Source: Venenivibrio stagnispumantis (lineage in GTDB: Bacteria > Aquificota > Aquificia > Aquificales > Hydrogenothermaceae). From it: 55,222 nucleotides of DNA. The notes under the pieces are model-generated. The model did not search any database. It was not told the origin of the DNA and saw only the letters and a program-made list of their open reading frames with translations. The position numbers were made by a program, and so were the translations under genes. Shown here piece after piece: positions 1-9,448 of the stretch. Where the stretch lies: positions 1-55,222 of the forward strand of contig NZ_FXTX01000010.1 of the NCBI RefSeq assembly GCF_900182795.1. Direction: 5' to 3'. Position 1 is the stretch's first letter; every line of letters starts with the position of its first letter.

Positions 1-98
1 TTATCAGAAAACCATCTTAAGAGTTTAACTTTTTATCCTTATATTAAGGAGGCTTTTAATGTGATATAATTATCATTCCTTTTCGGTTTTGGTATTAT

Positions 99-350
99 AT
101 GAAACTTTACCCAAATGCAAGAATATTAACTATTATTCCACCGTTTATTTTCTTTGGATTTGTTCTTCCTGCTTGGTTTTTTGTAGGATATTGGTTTATT
201 ATGCAAGTTTTATTTGCTTTAATTACCCCAACTTATATGGGTGGTGTAGCTTGGTATGCCCATATAGGTGGGTTTATAGCCGGCTGGTATCTTACAGATA
301 TTTTATACCAGCCAAAAAAGGTTAAGATTTATTATAGAGAAAGATTATGA
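99..350 (+). CDS. small hydrophobic protein resembling only the last helices of a rhomboid protease (possible remnant)
   Basis: 83-aa ORF; 'WYAHIGGFIAGW' resembles the rhomboid TM6 His motif but no GxSG serine helix is present; in-frame stops upstream, so it is not truncated by the window edge. Confidence 0.3.
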   Translation: MKLYPNARILTIIPPFIFFGFVLPAWFFVGYWFIMQVLFALITPTYMGGVAWYAHIGGFIAGWYLTDILYQPKKVKIYYRERL

Positions 351-1508
351 TAATAATTTTTTTGCAAAATTTCTAAATATAAATGGATATAAAAATGCTG
401 TTAAGATAGCAGTTAAGAGAATAGCAGAAGCATTATCTTTGCTAAGTAAATTTATTTCGTATCCTATTGTTGCTATTGCAGCCAATAAAGTAAGAGGAAA
501 AGATAAAGCAAAAGGTGTTAAAATTATCTCTTTAAAAGAAAATCCGGCAAACCTTAAAATTAAAGAGGCTAAAAATCTAACTGAAAGAATTAAAATACTT
601 AAAAATAAAGCCTCAATAATTATATGAGGCTGAATAAGTTCTAAAAGATTAAATCTCAAGCCTACATCTATAAAAAATATAGGAATTAAAAATCCATATC
701 CAAAAGAAGATAATTTATGAATTATATCTTCTTTTTCTTTAAACAAAGCAGAAAAAATCATACCACCGAAAAATGCTCCTATAACAGGCTCAAGACCAAG
801 TAATACTGCAAGGGAAACAAATATGAACATATTTGATATATTCATTCTTACAGATATTTCAGAAATTCCTTCACTTTTAAGAACTGATATTATCTTTTCC
901 GGATACCACCAAACCAAAAGCTTAAACAATTTCAAAAGTAAATACACAAAAGTAAAAAAAGCATATATCTTAATCAGATGTAGCAATGTTTCCATAGAAA
1001 AACCATTTTTAGCTATTACAAAATATATAGTTATGAATATTAAGCTTAAAACCTCCCCTATTCCACCTATAACAAGTAATGCCTGTCCGAAATTAGTAGA
1101 TAATAAATTCAAATCTTTTAAAATAGGAAATAAAAGGCCTATAGCAGTAGTAAGTATAACAAGACCATATATATTAGGAAGATTAAAATATAAAACTGTG
1201 ATGAAAGAAAAAATTACTATCAGAAAATTTGTTAATAAAAATATTAATTTAGTTTTTGTTTTTAACTTTTTAATTAATTCAAAATTAATTTCCATACCGG
1301 CTAAATACATCAATATTATAAATCCAAGTTCACCTAAAAATTTAACGATTTCTGTTTGTTTAAATATTTCAGAAAAAAATAATCCTATAATAAGACCAAA
1401 GAATATTTCGGCAACTGAAGAGGGTATATTTATTTTTTTACTTATAAATGGCATAAGAAAAGCACCTAAGGACACAACAAGTATTAAAAGAGCTTCAGTC
1501 GTATGCAT
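345..1508 (-). CDS. cation:proton antiporter (CPA2 family, NapA/KefB-like)
   Basis: 387 aa polytopic membrane protein; N-terminal 'FGLIIGLFFSEIF...LGELGFIILMYLAGMEINFE' is typical of Na+/H+ exchanger family. Confidence 0.8.
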   Translation of the reverse strand: MHTTEALLILVVSLGAFLMPFISKKINIPSSVAEIFFGLIIGLFFSEIFKQTEIVKFLGELGFIILMYLAGMEINFELIKKLKTKTKLIFLLTNFLIVIFSFITVLYFNLPNIYGLVILTTAIGLLFPILKDLNLLSTNFGQALLVIGGIGEVLSLIFITIYFVIAKNGFSMETLLHLIKIYAFFTFVYLLLKLFKLLVWWYPEKIISVLKSEGISEISVRMNISNMFIFVSLAVLLGLEPVIGAFFGGMIFSALFKEKEDIIHKLSSFGYGFLIPIFFIDVGLRFNLLELIQPHIIIEALFLSILILSVRFLASLILRFAGFSFKEIILTPFALSFPLTLLAAIATIGYEINLLSKDNASAILLTAILTAFLYPFIFRNFAKKLLS

Positions 1509-1510
1509 AT

Positions 1511-2923
1511 TTAATCTCCAATTACCGGTATAACTAAGGAGGAATATTTATACTTTTTAGCAATTAAATAATGCTCCAACGGTTCTAAAAGGGATATTTT
1601 TTTATTTTTATATGACATTATCAAAAGAGAAGAAGGAAAATTTTCCATATATTTTAATGTTTCTTTTACTGAATTTCCTTCTAATATGCTAAAATTCATA
1701 CTTTTTTTATAAATTTTTTCAAAATCTTTGATTACTTTGGTTACTTCTCCTAATTCTTTTTCATCAGCCTCTTTTCTAAGAGATTTAGGTAATGCTACAT
1801 AAAACGGAATTACTTCTAACTTAAATAACCTTGATATTTCCATACCTATTTCCAAGGTATATGCCGGCTTAGGTGAATTCATTAAAACAGCTATGTATGA
1901 ATAGCTATTAGTTCCCTTAGAAACTAAAAAAGGTTTGTTGGCATTTTCAAAAATTGTTTTTAATTTTAATCTCTCAAAAAATGATAAACCATTAAATGGA
2001 AAAACATAAAAAGCAACATTTTCATTTGAAAATAAAATATCTGATAATCTAATTATGTTATATTTTATCTCAAAATTTTCAAATTTATCTTTGATAATAT
2101 TTAAAACTTCATTTTCATCACTTTCATAAGGAAATATAACAACTTTATTGGTTTTTATATATTTAATAATATAAGAAATCTCATCTATCACATACATAAA
2201 TCTTTCATTAAAAGGTATTAAAATATCTGTTCCAAATTGTAATGGGAATTGAGGCACTCCTTTGAGTAATATATTTGATATATTTTCTAATATTTTTGGT
2301 TCACCTACCAAGATAACTATATCTCCAATCTTTAATCTTTCATCATCTGATGGTAATATTATTTTATTATCCCTATAAATAGCCGCAACTTTCCATTTTG
2401 TTGAGTTTATATATTTTAACTTTCTATCCACAAGATTAGATTTAGCCGAAATTTTAACTTCTATAATATCTCCTTTTCCTAACCCAATATTTGTTGCTAT
2501 TTTATATCCTTTTTCAAGCAAGGAAATAATAGAAGTAGAAACTATCTCTGTAGGAGTTATTATATTGATATTATCAAATTCTGAAAATTTATATTTTTCT
2601 TCAGCATTAAATAAAACAACTATTATAAGCATTTTTTGATTGAAAACTGTTCTCACTAAACGACATATCTCCAAAGAAACATCTATATCTTTAACAGTTA
2701 TTATTATAGATTCAACATCGGAAAAATCCAGTTTTTTCCAAACAAGAATAGAACTTGCATCTCCATGAATTATTTCTATTCCTTCTTTAAAAATATTATT
2801 TAAATTTTTTATCTTTTCCTCTTTAAACTCTATGACAACTATATCAAAATTTTGTATAACTTTTTTTATTATTTCTATTCCAAAGCTACCTGCCCCTACA
2901 ATAATAATTTTATTTTTTTTCAT
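1511..2923 (-). CDS. TrkA/RCK-domain regulatory protein (KTN NAD-binding + TrkA-C) with C-terminal extension; likely regulator of the downstream antiporter
   Basis: Rossmann 'KIIIVGAGSFG' at N-terminus, TrkA-C-like 'GDIIEVKISAKSNLVDRKL'; start assumed at internal MKKNK (ORF-table start 2962 is upstream). Confidence 0.7.
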   Translation of the reverse strand: MKKNKIIIVGAGSFGIEIIKKVIQNFDIVVIEFKEEKIKNLNNIFKEGIEIIHGDASSILVWKKLDFSDVESIIITVKDIDVSLEICRLVRTVFNQKMLIIVVLFNAEEKYKFSEFDNINIITPTEIVSTSIISLLEKGYKIATNIGLGKGDIIEVKISAKSNLVDRKLKYINSTKWKVAAIYRDNKIILPSDDERLKIGDIVILVGEPKILENISNILLKGVPQFPLQFGTDILIPFNERFMYVIDEISYIIKYIKTNKVVIFPYESDENEVLNIIKDKFENFEIKYNIIRLSDILFSNENVAFYVFPFNGLSFFERLKLKTIFENANKPFLVSKGTNSYSYIAVLMNSPKPAYTLEIGMEISRLFKLEVIPFYVALPKSLRKEADEKELGEVTKVIKDFEKIYKKSMNFSILEGNSVKETLKYMENFPSSLLIMSYKNKKISLLEPLEHYLIAKKYKYSSLVIPVIGD

Positions 2924-2939
2924 AATGTTTACCTCATAA

Positions 2940-3470
2940 TTACAAAAATATATCCTCACCAAAGATGGATAAATCTATAAATTCATCTGCCACTTCAATT
3001 AATTCTTTTGCAGCTGTTTGTTTAAAGGCTGCAATTTCTACTTTTACTCCTTTTGTTTTCAAAAATCTAACAAGTTCACTAAAATCTCCATCTCCACTTG
3101 CCAAAATTGCCACATCTACTTTTTCAGATAATGATATTGCATCTATGGCTATTCCCATATCCCAATCTGCTTTTATAGTAGTCCATAAAACGCCGGTATC
3201 ATCTACTCTTTTAAATATTTTTGGTTCTTTTTCTCTAACATAATAACCTATATGCTTTAATGTATTTATAAAATTCTTTTGGTCTACCCCCTGTAATTTT
3301 ACAAGATAGGCTATTGCTCTTATCAAAACTCTATCTGCCACAACTTTATATAAAACAGTCTCAAAATTTACTTTTCTATTAAAAGTATCTCTTGCCGAGT
3401 AATATAAATTTTGAACATCTAAAAAAACTGCAACCCTCTGGTTTTTATAGAGTTTATTATTATACTGCAT
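2940..3470 (-). CDS. NYN/LabA-like domain protein (predicted RNase)
   Basis: 176 aa; 'RVAVFLDVQNLYY' and 'ILASGDGDF' motifs characteristic of NYN/LabA family. Confidence 0.75.
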   Translation of the reverse strand: MQYNNKLYKNQRVAVFLDVQNLYYSARDTFNRKVNFETVLYKVVADRVLIRAIAYLVKLQGVDQKNFINTLKHIGYYVREKEPKIFKRVDDTGVLWTTIKADWDMGIAIDAISLSEKVDVAILASGDGDFSELVRFLKTKGVKVEIAAFKQTAAKELIEVADEFIDLSIFGEDIFL

Positions 3471-3480
3471 AACCTCTCCT

Positions 3481-4275
3481 TTATTTTAAAATTATGACTT
3501 CTTCAAATAGATTTATATTAAGTATATCTTTGGCACTATTTTCTTTCAAGAATATTTCATAAAATCCAAAACTTCCTTTTATCAAAGATGGAATATATTT
3601 ATCTCCCTCTTGAAAATTATTACATATTTTTAGCTGATAATCTCTAAATAATATTTTGCTATTTTCCGGTATTTTATCAATATTTGTAATAGCATTTCCG
3701 AATTTATCAAATTTTATAACCTTACCTATTATTCTATCTTCTTTTTCTTCCGGATAAATATCTTTCATTATCACTAAATTATCTTTTTTTAACTTTTTGC
3801 CAAAATTTTTTAATGCTACTCCCCTTGATATGTAAGCAGATACCGGTGCAAAAATATCCCTTCCGTGAAATGTGTTCGTATCACTTTTTAACATATATTT
3901 TTTATTTTCTATTTTAACAATTTCCTTTATCTTTTCATTTTTTAAAGGTAGGGTAAGAATTCCATTGTTTGGAGATACGAATATATAATTTTCGGTTTTT
4001 ACTATGATAGCTTCTCTTTCTGTGCCTACTCCTGGGTCTACTACCGATAAAAATATGGTTCCTTTTGGAAAATATTTATAAGTAGCATTTAATATAATAG
4101 AGGCTTCAAGTATTGAAAAAGATTCTACTTCATGGGATATATCAACTATTTCTATATTTGGATTTATTGAAAGGATAACGGCTTTTAAAGACCCTACAAA
4201 ACCGTCTTTATTTCCAAAGTCGGTCAGTAGGGCTATTATTTTTTTACTTTTTTGATTTTTTATAATTTTCATCAA
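3481..4275 (-). CDS. S-adenosyl-L-methionine hydroxide adenosyltransferase (SAM hydrolase; DUF62, fluorinase/chlorinase-like family)
   Basis: 264 aa; 'IALLTDFG..DGFVGSLK' and 'VVDPGVGT' hallmark motifs; 5' end overlaps skp by 32 nt. Confidence 0.8.
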   Translation of the reverse strand: MMKIIKNQKSKKIIALLTDFGNKDGFVGSLKAVILSINPNIEIVDISHEVESFSILEASIILNATYKYFPKGTIFLSVVDPGVGTEREAIIVKTENYIFVSPNNGILTLPLKNEKIKEIVKIENKKYMLKSDTNTFHGRDIFAPVSAYISRGVALKNFGKKLKKDNLVIMKDIYPEEKEDRIIGKVIKFDKFGNAITNIDKIPENSKILFRDYQLKICNNFQEGDKYIPSLIKGSFGFYEIFLKENSAKDILNINLFEEVIILK

Positions 4276-4690
4276 AATACTTTAAAAATTCATCTGTTTT
4301 GTCAAGTTCATCTTTACCGTATAAAACAGCCTGTTTATCTATGATGAGTGTGTAATTTTTTGCTTTTGCAAAAGAACTGATATTATCCTGAACATTTTTC
4401 ATAAAAGATTGAATTAACTCTTCTCTTTTGGCAAGTATTTCTTGTTGTTTTTGAACTGCTAAAGCTTGAAGTTCTTCTTGAGCCTTTTGGTCACCTGGTT
4501 TTAATGCTTTTTCTTTTTGAGAAATCTCTTCCTGAGCCTTTTTAGCCATGTTTTCTAATATGCTTTGGGCTTCTTTTCCGGCTACTGAGTCTCTAACAAT
4601 TTTTTGGATATCAATAAAAACTATCTCTGCTGCAAATGTAAAACTTGAGATAACTAAAACTGATAACAATGAAAATAAAATTTTAAACAT
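4244..4690 (-). CDS. skp: OmpH/Skp-family periplasmic chaperone
   Basis: signal peptide 'MFKILFSLLSVLVISSFTFA', Gln/Lys-rich coiled coil, C-terminal 'TLIIDKQAVLYGKDELDKT' resembles Skp; start taken at internal Met. Confidence 0.7.
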   Translation of the reverse strand: MFKILFSLLSVLVISSFTFAAEIVFIDIQKIVRDSVAGKEAQSILENMAKKAQEEISQKEKALKPGDQKAQEELQALAVQKQQEILAKREELIQSFMKNVQDNISSFAKAKNYTLIIDKQAVLYGKDELDKTDEFLKYFDENYKKSKK

Positions 4691-4736
4691 AAAATCCTCC
4701 TTTAAAATCAAATTTTAATATATATTACCACAAATA

Positions 4737-5573
4737 TTATTCTATTGTGCAGATACTTTCAGGTCTTTTTATTCTCAGTGCCAATATCTCAAATATTCTA
4801 AAATAATGATCCATATTTTCATAATTTATATAGGCTGTTATCATATCCTGGGCTACTAAAATATCCATATTTTCTATTCCTGCAGAGAGAACTATTGCTG
4901 TGTTTGGTGGTATTACAGGAGTAGCAAATATTCCAAAATCACATAACTTTCTTATCTGTTCTATTTCTAATATTCCTGTATTTGAATAAACTCTATGAAG
5001 TTTTGCATAATCTTTTGTATTTAATATTAAAGCAAAGTTTGAGTAAAATCCGGCATCATTTAAAACCTGAATAGCTTGGAGAACATCTTCAAATGCATTT
5101 CCGGTTTTATTCCACTCCGAAATTGATATAGAATTTCTACCAACAACATTTAGAAGTCCCGGATATCCAATGGTAGCATCTCCGTGAAAAATAAGCTGGT
5201 CTTCTGCTATACAAACGGACACTGTTGCAGTTGCAACTATACTTTTATCTATACCGGCATTTATTTTTTTTGCATACTCTATATCTCTCCAATGAATTTT
5301 AAAATCTTTATACAAAATCGGTAATGGCAAAAATTTTCTATCTTTTATCTGAACTACTCCGCATTCCTGTTCTCCAAATAATCCACAAGCTCCATAATCT
5401 CCACTGTCTATAATATCATAATTAATAGATTGAATAGATGGGTCAGGTAAAGTAGAGATTTCTATAAATCTCCTACCTATCAATGTTTTTCTTGCTGTTT
5501 CTATTACAGTATTATCTATCTCTTGCCATTGGCTTTCTGTTAAAGGTGCCTCATTTCTTTTTAAAAATTCCAT
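4737..5573 (-). CDS. family-1 encapsulin nanocompartment shell protein (linocin M18-like, HK97 fold)
   Basis: 278 aa; N-terminus 'MEFLKRNEAPLTESQWQEIDN' and several internal blocks ('EDQLIFHG','ALILNTKDY') closely parallel the Thermotoga maritima encapsulin sequence as I recall it. Confidence 0.85.
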   Translation of the reverse strand: MEFLKRNEAPLTESQWQEIDNTVIETARKTLIGRRFIEISTLPDPSIQSINYDIIDSGDYGACGLFGEQECGVVQIKDRKFLPLPILYKDFKIHWRDIEYAKKINAGIDKSIVATATVSVCIAEDQLIFHGDATIGYPGLLNVVGRNSISISEWNKTGNAFEDVLQAIQVLNDAGFYSNFALILNTKDYAKLHRVYSNTGILEIEQIRKLCDFGIFATPVIPPNTAIVLSAGIENMDILVAQDMITAYINYENMDHYFRIFEILALRIKRPESICTIE

Positions 5574-5637
5574 TTCTATAACCTCCTAAATATCTTTTCC
5601 TAATCCTAAATATAAATATTAATTTTAGTTTTGCAAT

Positions 5638-6495
5638 CTATTCTATATTTTGAACCTGTTGTTTTATTTTATCTATCTCTGATTTTATCTGAACTGTAAA
5701 ACTACTTAAATCCGGAATTTTGTTTCCCATTGTTGTTGCTTCTCTAAGCATCTCTTGGGTTAAAAAATCAAGCTTACGACCGATGGCTTCATCTTTTTTA
5801 AGCATATCTTTAAAAGCAGATATATGAGCTTTTAATCTTACTATTTCTTCTGTTATATCCATTTTTTCAGCAATGATACTACTTTCAATAAAAGCCCTTT
5901 CAGAAAAATTTTCTCCAAGAAGTTGTTTTATTCTGAGAGAAATTTTTTCCTGATATCTTTTGATAATATCATCTTTTATCTTTTCTACCTCTTCCAATAA
6001 ATCAGATATATTGCTTAATCTCAAATCTATATCTTCAATCAAGAATTGTGCTTCTTTTTTTCTTTCTTCTTTTAGTTTTGTCAAAGCCTCTTCTAAAACT
6101 TCCATTATTAATGATTTTTTATCTTCCTCTATCTCTTTTTCTTCTTTATTTGTTAAAGCAAAACTAATATCATAAAGTTTATCATCTGATAGATTTAAAT
6201 TCATATTTTGAAATATATCTCTTAATGAGTTTAATGTATTTTTAAAACTTTCTACATCAAAAGCAAGATTAATAATATTGTTATCTACATAATTTATATA
6301 AATCTGAAAACTTCCTCTTTCAAAGAATTCTTGGACTTTTTTTCGGATATCAAGTTCTAAATAAAAAAGAATATCTTTATTACCTTTGATTGAAATATCT
6401 ATCCCTTTATTATTAACTGATTTAATCTTTACAGAAATTTCACAATTATCAATATTTTTCTTTATAAAAGAAAAACCGGTCATACTATACGGCAT
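5638..6495 (-). CDS. yicC: YicC-family stress-induced protein (YicC N-terminal domain + DUF1732)
   Basis: 285 aa; 'MTGF' start region, coiled-coil middle, conserved C-terminal 'LDFLTQEMLREATTMGNK'-type block. Confidence 0.8.
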   Translation of the reverse strand: MPYSMTGFSFIKKNIDNCEISVKIKSVNNKGIDISIKGNKDILFYLELDIRKKVQEFFERGSFQIYINYVDNNIINLAFDVESFKNTLNSLRDIFQNMNLNLSDDKLYDISFALTNKEEKEIEEDKKSLIMEVLEEALTKLKEERKKEAQFLIEDIDLRLSNISDLLEEVEKIKDDIIKRYQEKISLRIKQLLGENFSERAFIESSIIAEKMDITEEIVRLKAHISAFKDMLKKDEAIGRKLDFLTQEMLREATTMGNKIPDLSSFTVQIKSEIDKIKQQVQNIE

Positions 6496-6546
6496 AAAAA
6501 ACCTCCAATTTTTTCTTTATTTTATCACAGCTTTAAATTAAATTTA

Positions 6547-6555
6547 TGGTAGAAT
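6547..6555 (+). promoter_or_regulatory. candidate extended -10 element (TGGTAGAAT) for hisIE-ftsZ transcript
   Basis: TGnTAGAAT 31 nt upstream of the hisIE ATG, followed by GAGG RBS. Confidence 0.35.
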
Positions 6556-6585
6556 ATTTTTTAGTTTGAGTTAGAGGTTTTTTTT

Positions 6586-7203
6586 ATGTTTGAAAATTTG
6601 AAATTTGATGAAAATGGATTAATACCTGTTATTACCCAAAGTTATTATACAGGAAAAATATTAATGCAGGCTTATGCCAATAAAGAAGCCCTTGAAGAAA
6701 CTTTAAAATCAGGTTATGCCACTTATTATTCCCGTTCAAGAAAATCTTTATGGAAAAAGGGAGAAACATCAGGAAATCTCCAAAAAGTTATAAAAATTAA
6801 AATAGATTGTGATGAAGATAGTGTTTTATATCTTGTAGAAGAAGAAGGACCGGCATGCCATACAGGAAGAGAAAGCTGTTTTTTCAGAGATATAGATTTT
6901 AAAGAGGATGAAAAACCTGATGGTTTTGAAGTTTTTTTTAAATTATATGAAAAAATAAAAGATAGAAAAAATAATCTACCGGAAAACTCTTATGTTAGCT
7001 CATTATTTAAAAAAGGTTCCGATAAAATAATTCAAAAAGTAGGAGAGGAAGCAGTAGAAACAGTTATAGCTTTAAAAAATGGAAAAAAGGAAGAAATTAT
7101 TTATGAAGTTTCAGATTTAATATTTCATCTACTGATTGCTTTGGTAGATAAAGAGGTATCATTAAAAGAGATTGAAGAAGAGTTATTAAGAAGGTATAAA
7201 TAG
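6586..7203 (+). CDS. hisIE: bifunctional phosphoribosyl-AMP cyclohydrolase / phosphoribosyl-ATP pyrophosphatase
   Basis: N-terminal HisI motifs ('GLIPVITQ','SRSRKSLWKKGETSGN', Cys-rich metal site) and C-terminal HisE-like helical domain. Confidence 0.9.
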   Translation: MFENLKFDENGLIPVITQSYYTGKILMQAYANKEALEETLKSGYATYYSRSRKSLWKKGETSGNLQKVIKIKIDCDEDSVLYLVEEEGPACHTGRESCFFRDIDFKEDEKPDGFEVFFKLYEKIKDRKNNLPENSYVSSLFKKGSDKIIQKVGEEAVETVIALKNGKKEEIIYEVSDLIFHLLIALVDKEVSLKEIEEELLRRYK

Positions 7204-7214
7204 GAGGGTTTGAT

Positions 7215-8360
7215 ATGGAAATAAATATTGAAGCTAAAAATCCATCAAAAATTAAGGTTTTCGGGGTTGGTGGTGGTGGAAGTAATGCAGTTGCAAGAAT
7301 GTATCAAGAAGGTCTTCAAGATGTGGAGCTTTATATTGTTAATACGGATTTACAACATCTTGCATCTTTACCGGTTCCAAATAAAATACATATTGGAGAA
7401 TCAAAAACAAGAGGACTTGGTGCAGGTTCAAAACCGGAAGTAGGAAGAGAAGCAGCCCTTGAAAACCTTGATAAGATAAAAGAGGCAATGGAAGGGGCTG
7501 ATATGATATTTATAGCAGCCGGTTTAGGTGGTGGAACAGGAACAGGTGCAGCCCCTGTGATAGCTCAGGCAGCAAAAGAGATGGGAATATTAACGGTAGC
7601 AGTAGTTACAAAACCTTTTGCATTTGAAGGTAAAATAAGAGCCAATATAGCAGAACAAGGTCTTCAAGAAATAAAGGATAAAGTAGATACATACATTGTG
7701 ATTCACAATGAAAAATTATTATCAATTGCCGGAAGAAATTTAGCTTTTTCTCAGGCATTTAAATTAGTTGACAATATCCTATACAGAGCTGTAAGAGGAA
7801 TAACAGATTTAATATTAGTTCCTGCTCTTATCAATCTTGATTTTGCCGATGTAAAAACTATAATGGAAAATGCAGGTAAGGCTTTAATTGGTGTAGGTTC
7901 CGGAAAAGGAGAAAATAAAATTGAAGAAGCAGTTATATCTGCAACAACATCTCCACTTCTCGAAGGAACATCTATACAGGGAGCAAAAAGAATACTTATT
8001 AATATAGAAGTTAGTCCCGATTTATCGTTTATAGAAGTTAATGAGGCTATAAAACAAATAAGAGAACAGGCTCATGAAGAGGCTCATATCATATTTGGAG
8101 CTGCTATAAACAATGAGATAGAAGATGAAATAAAAATAACAGTTGTGGCAACTGATTTTGAAGGTGAAGAAAAAGAAGATTACATTCAAAGAAAAAAAGA
8201 GATATCAGTACAACCTACACAACAAAGAAAAGTTATAATACCACCAAAAACAGAAAAAGAACAACCAAAAGAAATTCCAAAAGTTCAACTTAATGATGAT
8301 TTCCTAAATGAAGATTTAGACATACCGGCCTATATTAGAAAAAGGGGTAAACCGTCTTGA
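7215..8360 (+). CDS. ftsZ: cell division GTPase FtsZ
   Basis: '[10 protein letters not shown]', tubulin signature '[11 protein letters not shown]', C-terminal variable linker. Confidence 0.97.
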   Translation: MEINIEAKNPSKIKVFGVGGGGSNAVARMYQEGLQDVELYIVNTDLQHLASLPVPNKIHIGESKTRGLGAGSKPEVGREAALENLDKIKEAMEGADMIFIAAGLGGGTGTGAAPVIAQAAKEMGILTVAVVTKPFAFEGKIRANIAEQGLQEIKDKVDTYIVIHNEKLLSIAGRNLAFSQAFKLVDNILYRAVRGITDLILVPALINLDFADVKTIMENAGKALIGVGSGKGENKIEEAVISATTSPLLEGTSIQGAKRILINIEVSPDLSFIEVNEAIKQIREQAHEEAHIIFGAAINNEIEDEIKITVVATDFEGEEKEDYIQRKKEISVQPTQQRKVIIPPKTEKEQPKEIPKVQLNDDFLNEDLDIPAYIRKRGKPS

Positions 8361-8872
8361 TTATAAGTTTGGCTAATCTTACAACATTATCAAGATTAGC
8401 TATTATTCCTTTTTTGATATATGCTATCTTGAATGAAAAATATATTATTTCAGGAATATTAACCGGATATGCTATCTTTTCTGATTATATAGATGGCATA
8501 ATAGCAAGAGCTAATAAAGATGTAACAAAACACGGAGAGTTATTAGACCCGGCTGTAGATAAAATATTTACAATATCGGTTTTGGTTGCTTTTGTTGAAA
8601 AGCAAGTAATATCTACTTATGTGGTTTTTTTAATAGTTTTAAGGGAAATGATTATAACTTGGGTCAGGTCTGTTTTGGTAAATAAAGGTATAGTTTTGCC
8701 GGCTTCTTATCTTGGAAAGATAAAAACAACTTTTCAGATGATAGGTATTTTTCTACTTACTATAAATTTTAATTTTTATGGTGTTATATTTTTATGGATA
8801 TCTATATTTTTTGCTTATGTATCTGCTATTGATTATTTTAGAATCTTTTATAGAGAGAAAGCATGGATTTAG
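8357..8872 (+). CDS. pgsA: CDP-alcohol phosphatidyltransferase (phosphatidylglycerophosphate synthase-like)
   Basis: 'DYIDGIIAR...G...DPAVDK' D-G-x2-A-R...D-x3-D motif; TTG start overlapping ftsZ stop. Confidence 0.75.
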   Translation: MIISLANLTTLSRLAIIPFLIYAILNEKYIISGILTGYAIFSDYIDGIIARANKDVTKHGELLDPAVDKIFTISVLVAFVEKQVISTYVVFLIVLREMIITWVRSVLVNKGIVLPASYLGKIKTTFQMIGIFLLTINFNFYGVIFLWISIFFAYVSAIDYFRIFYREKAWI

Positions 8873-9447
8873 CAATTTATCTACTACTGACATATATAAT
8901 TGCCTCAATTCCTTTTGGTTTATTAATATCTAAACTATTTGGCAGGGATATAAGGAAAGAAGGAAGTGGAAATATAGGTGCCACAAATGTAACAAGGGTT
9001 CTTGGGAAAAAAGCCGGATTTTTAGTTTTAATACTTGATGCATCAAAAGGGTTTATTCCTACTTATTATGCTTATTATTATTTTCAGGATTATTTATATA
9101 TTTCCTTAGTTGCAATTATAGCAGTTATTGGTCATTGTTTTTCTATATTTATGAAATTTAAAGGTGGTAAAGGAGTAGCAACTGCTTTGGGTGTGCTTAT
9201 AGCTTTATCCGGTAAAACTGCCTTTATTATAATCTTATTCTGGCTTGGAGTTTTTCTTATATCCGGATATGTTTCCCTTGCATCTATTCTCTCCGCTTCT
9301 TTATCCTGGGTTGTTATATTTTATGTAGAAAACAATATTTATTACACAATCGCTGCATTTATAATATCTTTAATAATATTTTATAAGCATAAGGACAATA
9401 TCAACAGATTACTATCGGATACAGAACATAGATTCTTGCATAAATAA
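8863..9447 (+). CDS. plsY: glycerol-3-phosphate acyltransferase PlsY
   Basis: 'GSGNIGATNV' hallmark, polytopic membrane protein, 194 aa. Confidence 0.92.
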   Translation: MDLAIYLLLTYIIASIPFGLLISKLFGRDIRKEGSGNIGATNVTRVLGKKAGFLVLILDASKGFIPTYYAYYYFQDYLYISLVAIIAVIGHCFSIFMKFKGGKGVATALGVLIALSGKTAFIIILFWLGVFLISGYVSLASILSASLSWVVIFYVENNIYYTIAAFIISLIIFYKHKDNINRLLSDTEHRFLHK

Positions 9448-9448
9448 G

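Noticed and set aside
2965-3243. Antisense ORFs inside well-supported genes (2965-3243+, 5960-6175+, 7228-7443+, 10664-11134+, 12428-12613+, 16775-17011-, 17697-17894-, 18252-18458-, 32128-32400-, 35649-35834-, 35883-36146-, 39380-39628+, 49572-49766+, 50494-50742-, 51014-51271-)
   Set aside because: Low-complexity translations (Leu/Phe/Ile-rich) are expected from the complement of AT-rich coding DNA. All are embedded in genes with strong homology.
5638-6495. The gene directly upstream of the encapsulin as its cargo
   Set aside because: It is a clear YicC-family protein (YicC N-terminal domain + DUF1732) with no ferritin, peroxidase or hemerythrin fold and no C-terminal targeting-peptide-like tail.
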